64,000 bases of DNA, taken from NCBI GenBank assembly GCA_016210045.1, contig JACQUX010000038.1, positions 165,139-229,138 of the forward strand. Direction: 5' to 3'. The notes beneath the pieces were generated by a model. It ran no database searches. It had not been told where the DNA came from and worked only from the letters and a program-made list of their open reading frames with translations. Positions 8,955 through 17,003 of this stretch are shown in pieces. Numbering within the stretch: position 1 is the stretch's first letter; every line of letters starts with the position of its first letter. This DNA is from Deltaproteobacteria bacterium (GTDB lineage Bacteria > UBA10199 > GCA-002796325 > JACPFF01). The position numbers and the translations under genes were made by a program.

Positions 8955-10676
8955 ATGCCACTCGATCGGTCACAAATTGCGGCGCGGCTGATGGAATTCG
9001 CGGCGCTGTTGGAATTGACGGGCGCCAATCCGTTCCGCGTCCGCGCGCTCGCCAACGGCGCGCGCGTGCTCGGCGGGCTGGCCTCGTTCGAGCGACTCTT
9101 GGCCACAGCGCAGCTCACGAGCATCAAAGGGATCGGAGAGGGGCTGGCGGAACATGTGCAAGAACTTGCGACCACCGGGACGTTGCAGGAGTGCGACGCG
9201 CTCGCCAAGACGATTCCGCCCGGGGTGGTAGAGATGCTCGATATCCCCGGCGTCGGGCCGAAGACGGCGCGGCGGCTGTGGCAAGAGTTGCAGCTGACGA
9301 CGGTCGACGCGTTGGCCCAAGCGTGTGGCACACATCGGCTCGCCGCCGTCGCCGGAATGGGCGAGAAGACGGAGCAAAAGATCCTGCACGGGATCGACTA
9401 TCTGCGCACGCAGCACGGACGCCATTTGTATCCGGGCGTCGCGTTGGTCGCATATGAACTGGCGGCCGCGTTGACGCGGAGTCGCGTAGTGCAGCGGATC
9501 GAAGTGGCCGGGAGTATTCGGCGCCACAACGAGATCGTGAAAGATATCGACTTGGTGGCGAGTACGCGCGACGCGGAACGGTTGATGGCCGCGTTCGTCG
9601 CGCATCCGCTGGTCGGTCGGGTCGTGCAACACGGGCCGACAATATCGAGCGTGCAATTACGTCCCGGATTTTCCGCCGATCTGCGTTGTGTGACCGAAAC
9701 GGAATTTCCGTACGCGTTGCTCCACTTGACCGGCAGCAAGGCGCACAACGTGGCATTGCGCGCGCGCGCGCAGCAGATGGGGATGCAATTGAACGAATAT
9801 GGATTATTCAAGAGCGACGGGACTGTCGAATCACTCGTGCCGTGTGTGGCGGAAGACGAAATCTATGCCGCGTTGCAGCTCGCATTCATCCCGCCGGAAC
9901 TGCGCGAGGACTGCGGCGAGATCGCGGACGCAGCGAACGGCGCGTTGCCGGATCTGCTGACGTACGACGACTTGCAAGGCGTGTTTCATTGTCACACCAC
10001 ATACAGCGACGGGCGAGCGACGTTGGCCGAGATGGCGGACGCGGCGGCCGAACGCGGATTTCGGTACCTCGGCGTGACGGATCACAGTCAATCGGTGACC
10101 TACGCACGCGGTTTAGAACCGGCGCGGGTGCGCGAGCAGTGGCGCGAGATTGAACGGCTCAATACCAACGGCAAGATCCGGATCTACAAAGGGACGGAAG
10201 TCGATATCCTGAAAGACGGCGCGCTCGATTATCCGGATGAATTATTGCGCGGCTTCGATTTCGTGATCGCGTCCGTTCACACCCACTTCACACTCACGCG
10301 CGACGAAATGACCGCGCGCGTAATCCGCGCACTGCGCCATCCGGCGGTGCGGGTGTTGGGACATCCGACCGGACGGCTGCTGTTGTCGCGAGAACCGTTT
10401 GCGGTCGATCTCGAAGCCGTGTTGCGCGTGGCGGGGGAGGAGGGCGTCGTGGTGGAAACGAATTGCAATCCGCAGCGCGCGGAACTCGATTGGCGGCTGG
10501 CGCGCACGGCCCAAAGTTGCGGCGTGCGCACGATGATCTCGCCCGACGCGCATCACGTGGACGGACTCGACTACCTCCGCTTCGGCGTCGGGATCGCGCG
10601 CAAAGGCGGCTGGACGCGGGCGCACGTCGTGAATGCGTGGACGCCGCGCGCGGTGGAACGATGGCTCGGACAATGA
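8955..10676 (+). CDS. polX: DNA polymerase X family protein with C-terminal PHP phosphoesterase domain
   Basis: N-terminal helix-hairpin-helix and Pol-beta-like regions (...DIPGVGPKTARRL...). C-terminal PHP domain motifs (HCHTTYSDGRATLAEMA..., ...VTDHSQS...). 573 aa. Confidence 0.85.
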   Translation: MPLDRSQIAARLMEFAALLELTGANPFRVRALANGARVLGGLASFERLLATAQLTSIKGIGEGLAEHVQELATTGTLQECDALAKTIPPGVVEMLDIPGVGPKTARRLWQELQLTTVDALAQACGTHRLAAVAGMGEKTEQKILHGIDYLRTQHGRHLYPGVALVAYELAAALTRSRVVQRIEVAGSIRRHNEIVKDIDLVASTRDAERLMAAFVAHPLVGRVVQHGPTISSVQLRPGFSADLRCVTETEFPYALLHLTGSKAHNVALRARAQQMGMQLNEYGLFKSDGTVESLVPCVAEDEIYAALQLAFIPPELREDCGEIADAANGALPDLLTYDDLQGVFHCHTTYSDGRATLAEMADAAAERGFRYLGVTDHSQSVTYARGLEPARVREQWREIERLNTNGKIRIYKGTEVDILKDGALDYPDELLRGFDFVIASVHTHFTLTRDEMTARVIRALRHPAVRVLGHPTGRLLLSREPFAVDLEAVLRVAGEEGVVVETNCNPQRAELDWRLARTAQSCGVRTMISPDAHHVDGLDYLRFGVGIARKGGWTRAHVVNAWTPRAVERWLGQ

Positions 10677-10680
10677 CGGT

Positions 10681-10715
10681 CCAGCCACTAGCCACCAGTC
10701 ACCAGCCACCAACAA
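10681..10715. repeat. CCAGYCA heptamer tandem array (locus 1 of 4)
   Basis: The sequence ccagccactagccaccagtcaccagccaccaac lies at the polX/nth junction. Arrays of the same heptamer occur at 21661-21745, 46851-46960 and 49291-49380. Confidence 0.6.
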
Positions 10716-10732
10716 GGCGAGCGCCCCGCATC

Positions 10733-11335
10733 ATGTCGTTATTGCGCGCCGCCTATCCCTCGATCCACGTCGCGCTGACCCACGACAACCCGCTGCAGCT
10801 GTTAATCGCGACCATTCTTTCCGCGCAGTGTACCGACGAACGCGTCAATCAAGTCACGCCGCGACTCTTTGCGCGCTATGTCACGGCCGCCGACTTCGCG
10901 ACAGCCGCGACGGCGGAACTCGAAACGCTGATTCGGTCCACCGGTTTTTTCCGCAGCAAGGCGCGAAATATTATCGGTTGTTGTCGTGGCATCATGGAGC
11001 GATTCAATGGCGAAGTGCCGCCCCGACTCGACGACTTAGTCACGTTGCCCGGCGTGGGTCGCAAGACCGCCAACGTGGTCCTCGGGGCCTGTTGGGGGGT
11101 TCCGGGCGTCGTGGTCGATACGCATGTCAAACGAATCTCGAATCTTTTGGGCCTCACGCAATACGACGATCCGGAGAAAATTGAACGGGACTTGATGGCC
11201 TTGTTGCCACAATCCGACTGGAACGATTTCAGCCTCGCGCTCATTTGGCACGGCCGCCGCGTTTGCATCGCCCGCCGCCCCCGCTGCGCGGAATGCGTCT
11301 TGAGCGTGCTGTGCCCGAGCGCGCGCAGGAAGTAA
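10733..11335 (+). CDS. nth: Endonuclease III (DNA glycosylase/AP lyase)
   Basis: Contains ...LLIATILSAQCTDERVN..., the HhH-GPD motif LPGVGRKTANVVL, and a C-terminal 4Fe-4S cluster loop CxxxxxxCxxCxxxxxC (CIARRPRCAECVLSVLC). The ORF-track N-terminal extension overlapping polX is not supported. An alternative ATG lies at 10661. Confidence 0.85.
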   Translation: MSLLRAAYPSIHVALTHDNPLQLLIATILSAQCTDERVNQVTPRLFARYVTAADFATAATAELETLIRSTGFFRSKARNIIGCCRGIMERFNGEVPPRLDDLVTLPGVGRKTANVVLGACWGVPGVVVDTHVKRISNLLGLTQYDDPEKIERDLMALLPQSDWNDFSLALIWHGRRVCIARRPRCAECVLSVLCPSARRK

Positions 11336-11341
11336 CTTTCG

Positions 11342-12532
11342 TTACTCCAGATATTGGAAAAGTTCGGCCCATGGAATGGCCAAAATTTGTCCGATGCGTT
11401 GTGCTCGCGCCACTTGGCACACAAGATACGCAGCGTGCGGCCGGTACTCTTTGCAAAAATGCGCCAGGCCTTTTGTGTCCGCGAGTGTGGGCCGTGCAGT
11501 TGCTTTGACTTCGATAGCAATGCGCTGTTGACCGGTCTCCAACACCATATCGACTTCATCCCCCTGCTTATGCCGCCAATAAAAGAGTTGCGTTCGGGGG
11601 GAGCGCCGCGCCATCAATTCCAGGACCATCAAATGCTCGAACAACACGCCTTGTTGGAGGGGGAGGAGTCCGGGACCATGCCCGATCTGCGCTGCGGCGT
11701 TGCGGACCCCGAGGTCGAAGAAGTAATACTTCGCCGTGCGGAACACGGCATCGCGCACTTGGCCGAAGGCGGGTAGGCGTTGGATAATCAGCGAATCTTC
11801 AAGGATTTGAAAATACTCCCGGATCGTGGTGTGGCTCAGTCCGATGCGCCCGCCGATCTTCGAGAAATTGGGCGCCCCACCCGATTCTAGGGCAGCCAAA
11901 CGAAGAAATTGCGTAAAGCGCGGCACATTGCGAACCGCTGCCTCGGCGCGAATCTCTTCCTCCAAATAGAGGTGTGTATAGGCATTGAGATTGCCTTCGC
12001 GCTGCGTGAAGTCCGTTTGTGAAAGAATTCCGGGCAACATGCCATAGCGCAAGATTTCTCCCAGCCGAGAGAGGGGGAACCCAGTTTCTTGCCATGTCAA
12101 CGGAGGCAGGAAGTGGAGTTGCACTCGGCCGGGGAGCCAGTTCGTGCGCAAACGTTTCATCTTCCGAGCCGACGAGCCAGTGGCGGCGAGAACGATGCGG
12201 CGATGATCCAGGAGAAATTGTAGCGGATCCATGACGGCAGGGATTTTCTGGATCTCGTCGATGTAGAGGAAGAGCGGCGTGCGGGAACGTTTCGCTTCGA
12301 CCTCGCGCACGATGCACTCGGGGTCCTGTTCGATCGCTTCGCGTTGGGAGGGAAGTTGGAAATAATAGGTGAGACACTGCGCGGCGGGAAGCTGCGCGAA
12401 CAGGGCCTCCAACAGCGTGGATTTTCCCGTCTGACGGGGGCCGAAGAGGAGAAACGACTGGCGGCGATCGAGTAGTTGCTGCAAGCGCGAGACGGCAGAT
12501 CGAGGGAAAGTAGATGTTTCAAAATTGTTCAT
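11342..12532 (-). CDS. AAA+ ATPase with DUF4143-type C-terminal domain
   Basis: Walker A (LLFGPRQTGKSTLL) and Walker B (LFLYIDEIQ) motifs, with a C-terminal region typical of the widespread ATPase/DUF4143 family. 396 aa. Confidence 0.75.
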   Translation of the reverse strand: MNNFETSTFPRSAVSRLQQLLDRRQSFLLFGPRQTGKSTLLEALFAQLPAAQCLTYYFQLPSQREAIEQDPECIVREVEAKRSRTPLFLYIDEIQKIPAVMDPLQFLLDHRRIVLAATGSSARKMKRLRTNWLPGRVQLHFLPPLTWQETGFPLSRLGEILRYGMLPGILSQTDFTQREGNLNAYTHLYLEEEIRAEAAVRNVPRFTQFLRLAALESGGAPNFSKIGGRIGLSHTTIREYFQILEDSLIIQRLPAFGQVRDAVFRTAKYYFFDLGVRNAAAQIGHGPGLLPLQQGVLFEHLMVLELMARRSPRTQLFYWRHKQGDEVDMVLETGQQRIAIEVKATARPTLADTKGLAHFCKEYRPHAAYLVCQVARAQRIGQILAIPWAELFQYLE

Positions 12533-12674
12533 ATATTGAAAGTACCACTTTCAATTCGAATTCGCTAGCAAAACATCAGGCGCGCATTGGCGGACGTGAT
12601 TGCAGAAACCATTGACGTCGTGGGCTCAGGCTGCGTAGGATCATGCCTCACTTCGCAGGGAGGAGAACGTTTGT

Positions 12675-12908
12675 ATGGCGAATCGAGAAGATCGGGTCAA
12701 AGAGAACGTCGCGGGGCTGTTTTTTGTCGACTCGCAGTGCATCGATTGCAATTTGTGTCGCGACACGGCGCCGGCAAATTTCAAGCAACACGAAGCGGGT
12801 GGCTATTCGTTCGTGTATAAACAACCGGAAACCGACGAAGAGCGTCAACAATGCCAAGAAGCCCTCGAAGCGTGCCCCGTTGAAGCGATTGGCAGTAATG
12901 GGACGTAG
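12675..12908 (+). CDS. Ferredoxin (small 4Fe-4S protein)
   Basis: 77 aa with CIDCNLC...CP cysteine pattern, a single [4Fe-4S]-type ferredoxin signature. Confidence 0.7.
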   Translation: MANREDRVKENVAGLFFVDSQCIDCNLCRDTAPANFKQHEAGGYSFVYKQPETDEERQQCQEALEACPVEAIGSNGT

Positions 12909-12957
12909 TGTGTCGCACACAGTAAATGAGCAGATCATCCAGAATAAGATAGACTGA

Positions 12958-13112
12958 GTCCCAGCTCCGGGAGGGGAGTGCGGGGGGCCTGCGGGCCGTT
13001 CGCCTCGTGTTACGGCGCTCGGCTCACTGAGACCTCGCTCGGTCGAGCTTCAACACCATAGTACTCCCTCGCTCAGACTCGCCCGCAGGCCCCCCGCACT
13101 CCCATCCCGGGA
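12958..13112 (+). repeat. ~155 bp structured repeat element, copy 1 (conserved 95 bp core flanked by ~30 bp complementary terminal stems)
   Basis: Sequence ccgggaggggagtgcggggggcctgcgggc–core–gcccgcaggccccccgcactcccatcccgg. Its core (ggccgttcgcctcg.g.tacggcgctcggct.actgagacctcgctcggtcg.gcttcaacaccatagt.ctccctcgctcagactcgcccgc) is near-identical to 59688-59835. The terminal stems differ between copies but stay complementary. Confidence 0.7.
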
Positions 13113-13483
13113 CCATCGTTTCAATCCGGATAGTCAACCAATCAGATTGAATCATGTCCTTCGTGCTTCGGGGGGCAAGAGAGAAGGCCGTGCAGTGTTC
13201 GACTCCTCATAACCGGTTTGTGTCTCGATAAACATTGATCTTAAGAAAGAGGCTACCCAGGCACCGCTGTCTTATGGCCGGAGTCCAGGCCGGCGGGCGC
13301 CAGGGGCTCTCGCAGCCGTTTTCCCCTTGCGTAATCTAACGACGAAAACGGCGAGGGCGAGCGCGCGGCGGCTCGATGCCGCCGCGATAGCGTACCCTGG
13401 CGCCCGCCGGCCCGGGGCTCCGGCCCTTCGTGTGCCAGCAATGCGTGGACAGATGATCGTAAAGGCATACGTATGGCGTGCTG

Positions 13484-14497
13484 TTATCTCCGCTTCCCCT
13501 TCGCAACCGCCCACTCCACGAGCAGGTCTTGGAACGCGGGGTCGTTCTTGAGCGGGAAAAAGTCGTCGCCGATTTGGACCCACGTCTTGAGTTGGTGGCT
13601 GTTGTCGAGTGGTTGCGCTTGTTGCAGGGTCGCGATCGTTTTTGCCACATCGCCCGTCGCCGCGTAATAGCTGATTAGGGCCGTGAGGCCGCCGAATTCT
13701 TTGGTCACTTCGTCGAGTTTGACCTTTGCCACGCGTCGTTCGGCGTCGCGGGTTTTCCCCATCGTGGCGGCCAGCGCCGCAGTGAGCAGATCCGCTTCGT
13801 ATTGGTGAGCGCCGCGCGTTGCGCGTCGGGCCTTGCTGTAGGCTTGGGTTGCTTTGCCGACGAACCGCTTGTTCATCGTCCCGTGATTTTTCAGAAAGAG
13901 GATCAGGTTGTGATACGCGACGCCGAGGTTGAGGTAGTAATGGTGCTCGTCGCCCGGCGCCGGCTTCACGCCCGCTTGGGCCTCGCCGATCCGCTCCATT
14001 TCCCGAATCAGCATCATGCCGCGTACGGAGGCTGGTTCCAAATAAAGACGCCGTACGGCCGCAGCGATCTCGCCGTCGGCCAGCAGCGTGACGACAGCGC
14101 CGGGAATTGCGGTCTGCAGCGGCATGTTTCGCGGTTTTTCGAGCAGCGCAGGGAGTGGACGCTTGCCACGGGATGCGGCGGGGCGCGCTTTGTCCTTCGC
14201 CGCGTGACTTTTCTTCTTCGTATCCGTCTTGGCGGCACTCTTACTCTTGGCCTCTGTCTTGGTGGACTTCCCCTTCGCGGCGGGAGTGCCTTTCTTGGTC
14301 GGAGGCTGCGGCGTCTTCGCCGGCGCCGTTTTCGGTGCAGTGCCGGCCTTTCGGCCTGATTGGACCCAGGTCGGATTAGCGGCCGCGCCGACGAACGGGG
14401 CCGCGAGCGCGACGATGAGGAACAGGGTCACCAAACTGCCGAACGGGCGTAGAATCTGCATGGGAGGTCGTATAGGGAAGAGTGCTCGCGCTGTCAA
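13484..14497 (-). CDS. Hypothetical secreted protein with Lys/Ala/Pro/Thr-rich low-complexity region and helical C-terminal domain
   Basis: N-terminal signal-like segment (MQILRPFGSLVTLFLIVALAAPFVGAAA), then a KTAPAKTPQPPTKKGTPAAKGKSTKTEAKSK... histone-H1-like tract. The true start is possibly at 14461. Confidence 0.5.
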   Translation of the reverse strand: MTARALFPIRPPMQILRPFGSLVTLFLIVALAAPFVGAAANPTWVQSGRKAGTAPKTAPAKTPQPPTKKGTPAAKGKSTKTEAKSKSAAKTDTKKKSHAAKDKARPAASRGKRPLPALLEKPRNMPLQTAIPGAVVTLLADGEIAAAVRRLYLEPASVRGMMLIREMERIGEAQAGVKPAPGDEHHYYLNLGVAYHNLILFLKNHGTMNKRFVGKATQAYSKARRATRGAHQYEADLLTAALAATMGKTRDAERRVAKVKLDEVTKEFGGLTALISYYAATGDVAKTIATLQQAQPLDNSHQLKTWVQIGDDFFPLKNDPAFQDLLVEWAVAKGKRR

Positions 14498-14528
14498 ATC
14501 GACTGACAGCCATCATGCGTTTTCGCTA

Positions 14529-14558
14529 GCAACTTTTTTTCCACAATACCGATACTAC
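14529..14558 (+). promoter_or_regulatory. ECF-sigma-type promoter motif, copy C (GCAAC-N16-CGATACTAC) upstream of the HATPase-domain gene
   Basis: The sequence is GCAACtttttttccacaatacCGATACTAC, about 50 nt upstream of ATG 14609. It has the same spacing (N16) and the same flanking AGCAAC/T-run as copies A and B. Confidence 0.45.
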
Positions 14559-14608
14559 TGGTAATGGTCATTTGATACCGGCTGCAGGACGAGCTCAAAC
14601 GGGTTGCG

Positions 14609-16012
14609 ATGCGACGGATTGCGAAGGCCCGACCCCCCGTAATATGCACCCAGCGTGTGCGAAGCATCGCACGCCGGACCGGAATCAACGTTCGTCTTCC
14701 CCTGCCACAACCCCATGGGGGACAACCCCTCCACCCCGTCTTGTCGATCGGCGTCCATCGGGGCGGATATCGTCTGGTGCAAGTCGGCTTTGGCGGCGCG
14801 GCCGTGCCCGTACTCCCGTGGCAATACGAGACCTTGGCCATGCGGTTGGCGCGGCATTTTCATCATAATGATGTCGCGCCCGATCCCTGTGCGTTGGAAT
14901 TGGCGGCGACGGGTTTTGGAGATATGCCAGCGACTGAAAGTGTCTCGGTCGCGGCAGCGTGGGTGTTGAGCGGATCTGGAATGTTTGTTCGTGGTGGTGT
15001 CCCGCGTGGTCCGCTGCGCGTGGCATTGGCGACGCCAAACGACGCAGAGGCGGGGGGCGCGCAGATCAGTCACGGGCGCGCGTCTGCTGGCGTTGCAACG
15101 GCCGTTGCGAGCGCTCCGCCGAGCGAAGCGGACGGGATCGCGGCGGTCGATGCGGTGAAGCGGCGCTACGAATGTGAATTACGGCCGCGGATTGAAACGC
15201 TGCTGCAGATGACGGCGCAGCTCGTGGATGGGTCGGTGCCGTTGGTCATCCCGTGGCTCCGAGCGGCCATTGAGGCCATTGATCGGTTGAAGGGCGAGTT
15301 ACATGACATTGCGAAGCGTTTTTCTGCGTATCCCACCCCTTCGACGTATGCCCACATCGTGCGGCACAATACGCTTGCGCCGCTCGGCACGTCCCTCATG
15401 ATGTTGCAGCTTAAGATGGAGGTTGAGACCCAGCATCTCCCGTGGGTCGCATGGCTCCTCCCGGCATTCGGCGCCACGCCGCGGTTGTTGAAACACTTGG
15501 CAGATGCGGCGATGGGGCCGGTGCGCGTCGAGGCCGTGCGGCGGGGGATCAAGGAGGAGCCGGTCCGGTTGGAGCACGTGCAATTGGCCGTGACCATTTC
15601 AGACGCGCAGGCCGAGCAACTGTTGGAGGTGTTCCGCAATTTGGCGACCAATGGAATCGTCCACGGATGGGAGGGACGGGCGGATGAATTCGATCTGACT
15701 GCGGCGGAGGCGCAGCGCCGCTTCGTGCGGCTGAGCTTCAAGGAGGGTCAGTTAGTTTACGAAGATAACGGGCAGGGGATTCCCCCGGAAGTGATCGACG
15801 CCGTGGCGTTGGCCGATTGGACGGCGATTGCGCAGCGTTCGCAGACGCGTGGTACTGGCAGCGGTCTTGGCCTGGAACATTTTGTGCGCACCATGGATTT
15901 ACTTGGCTGGTCGTGGAGCTTCGGACCACGATCCGGTGGCGGGACGCGGATCGTCTGTACCCCAAATCCGGAAGATCTCGCCCATCGCCCGGCATATTCC
16001 CCCGGTTCATAA
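14609..16012 (+). CDS. Histidine-kinase-like ATPase (HATPase_c) domain protein with no obvious sensor or H-box; N-terminal region unknown
   Basis: C-terminal motifs match the N box (...NLATNGIVHG...), G1 (EDNGQGIP) and G2 (GTGSGLGLEHF) of GHKL ATPases. There are no transmembrane segments. The start codon is uncertain because no good Shine-Dalgarno precedes it. Confidence 0.6.
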   Translation: MRRIAKARPPVICTQRVRSIARRTGINVRLPLPQPHGGQPLHPVLSIGVHRGGYRLVQVGFGGAAVPVLPWQYETLAMRLARHFHHNDVAPDPCALELAATGFGDMPATESVSVAAAWVLSGSGMFVRGGVPRGPLRVALATPNDAEAGGAQISHGRASAGVATAVASAPPSEADGIAAVDAVKRRYECELRPRIETLLQMTAQLVDGSVPLVIPWLRAAIEAIDRLKGELHDIAKRFSAYPTPSTYAHIVRHNTLAPLGTSLMMLQLKMEVETQHLPWVAWLLPAFGATPRLLKHLADAAMGPVRVEAVRRGIKEEPVRLEHVQLAVTISDAQAEQLLEVFRNLATNGIVHGWEGRADEFDLTAAEAQRRFVRLSFKEGQLVYEDNGQGIPPEVIDAVALADWTAIAQRSQTRGTGSGLGLEHFVRTMDLLGWSWSFGPRSGGGTRIVCTPNPEDLAHRPAYSPGS

Positions 16013-16022
16013 CTTCATTTGA

Positions 16023-16082
16023 ATGGGGACAGGTACCTTCAAATGCCCGTAGAGTGGGCATTTGAAGGTACCTGTCCCCACT
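16023..16082. repeat. Palindromic hairpin element, family copy 1 (arms ~GGGGACAGGTACCTTCAAATGCCC); probable bidirectional terminator between convergent genes
   Basis: The sequence gaatggggacaggtaccttcaaatgccc-gtagagtg-gggcatttgaaggtacctgtccccactg lies between the HATPase gene end (16012) and the dapA end (16092). Related copies are at 30718-30790 and 50361-50437. Confidence 0.7.
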
Positions 16083-16091
16083 GCGATTACT

Positions 16092-16970
16092 TTATGGGGC
16101 GAGGAGTTGGGCGGTGCGCAGTACGGCGGCCAGCCGGTCCCGATTGGCGGGGGCCATTGGGGTGAGGGGGAGGCGCCAGGCCTCTTCGCAGCGGCCCATT
16201 AGTGCCAGCGCGGTCTTCACCGGGATCGGGTTGGATTCAATGAATAGGGCTTGATTCAGTGCGTACAGCGCTTGGTGGAGGCGTGCGGCCGTGGCGGTAT
16301 CGCCCCGTTGCCACGCGTTCCACAATTCCGCCACGCGGCGCGGCGCGACGTTCGCAGTGACGGAAATAGCGCCTTGGTACCCGATCGCATAGAGCGGATA
16401 GTTGAGCGCATCTTCGCCGGACAACAACGCGAACGTATCGGACACTGCGGCCCGATGTTCCGTGGCCTGGGTCAGCGAGCCGGAGGCGTCTTTGAGGCCG
16501 ACGATGTTGTTAATGCCCGCCAAGCGCGCGACGGTCGGCGGCAGCAAGTTGACGCCGGTGCGGCCGGGAACGTTGTACAAAATGATCGGCAACGGTGTCG
16601 CGGCGGCCACGGCTTGGAAGTGCTGCGCCAATCCCTCTTGCGTCGGCTTGTTGTAATACGGCGTGACGTGCAGCAGGCCGTCGGCTTTACATTCGGTGCA
16701 GAGCGTGGTCAGTTGCGTGGCCTTTTCGGTGATGTTGGCGCCCGCGCCCGCGATGACCGGCACGCGGCCGCGCGCTTGTGCCACCGTGAATCGCACGACG
16801 CGCGCATATTCTTCCAGCGTCAGCGCCCCGGCCTCTCCGGTCGTCCCACACGGCACGAGGCCATGCACGCCTTCGGTAATCAGCCATTCGACGTGGTCGC
16901 GAAACGCCGCTTCGTCGATCGCATTGCCTTTGAACGGAGTGATGACGGCGGGGAAGATGCCAGTGAACAT
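16092..16970 (-). CDS. dapA: 4-hydroxy-tetrahydrodipicolinate synthase
   Basis: 292 aa containing ...FPAVITPF..., ...GLVPCGTTGE... and the catalytic Lys region ...IVGLKDASG... typical of DapA. Confidence 0.9.
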   Translation of the reverse strand: MFTGIFPAVITPFKGNAIDEAAFRDHVEWLITEGVHGLVPCGTTGEAGALTLEEYARVVRFTVAQARGRVPVIAGAGANITEKATQLTTLCTECKADGLLHVTPYYNKPTQEGLAQHFQAVAAATPLPIILYNVPGRTGVNLLPPTVARLAGINNIVGLKDASGSLTQATEHRAAVSDTFALLSGEDALNYPLYAIGYQGAISVTANVAPRRVAELWNAWQRGDTATAARLHQALYALNQALFIESNPIPVKTALALMGRCEEAWRLPLTPMAPANRDRLAAVLRTAQLLAP

Positions 16971-17003
16971 GAAACGCCCCCTATTTGGTGACTAGTCACC
17001 CCT

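Noticed and set aside
10463-10732. Long N-terminal extension of the nth ORF overlapping polX by >200 nt
   Set aside because: The extension is Arg/Ala-rich GC-frame noise. The conserved Nth sequence begins near MSLLRAAYP. Part of the region is occupied by the heptamer repeat.
12541-12600. Possible fourth copy of the ECF-type motif upstream of the ferredoxin gene (ttcgctagcaaaacatc…)
   Set aside because: It shares TTCGCTAGCAA with copy C, but it reads GCAAA rather than GCAAC and has no CGATA at the correct spacing. That is too weak to call.
13170-13195. tRNA/tmRNA T-arm-like string (cagtGTTCGACTCCtca)
   Set aside because: No acceptor stem, anticodon arm or CCA-proximal structure can be built around it. 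It is a coincidental GTTCGAnTCC-like match.
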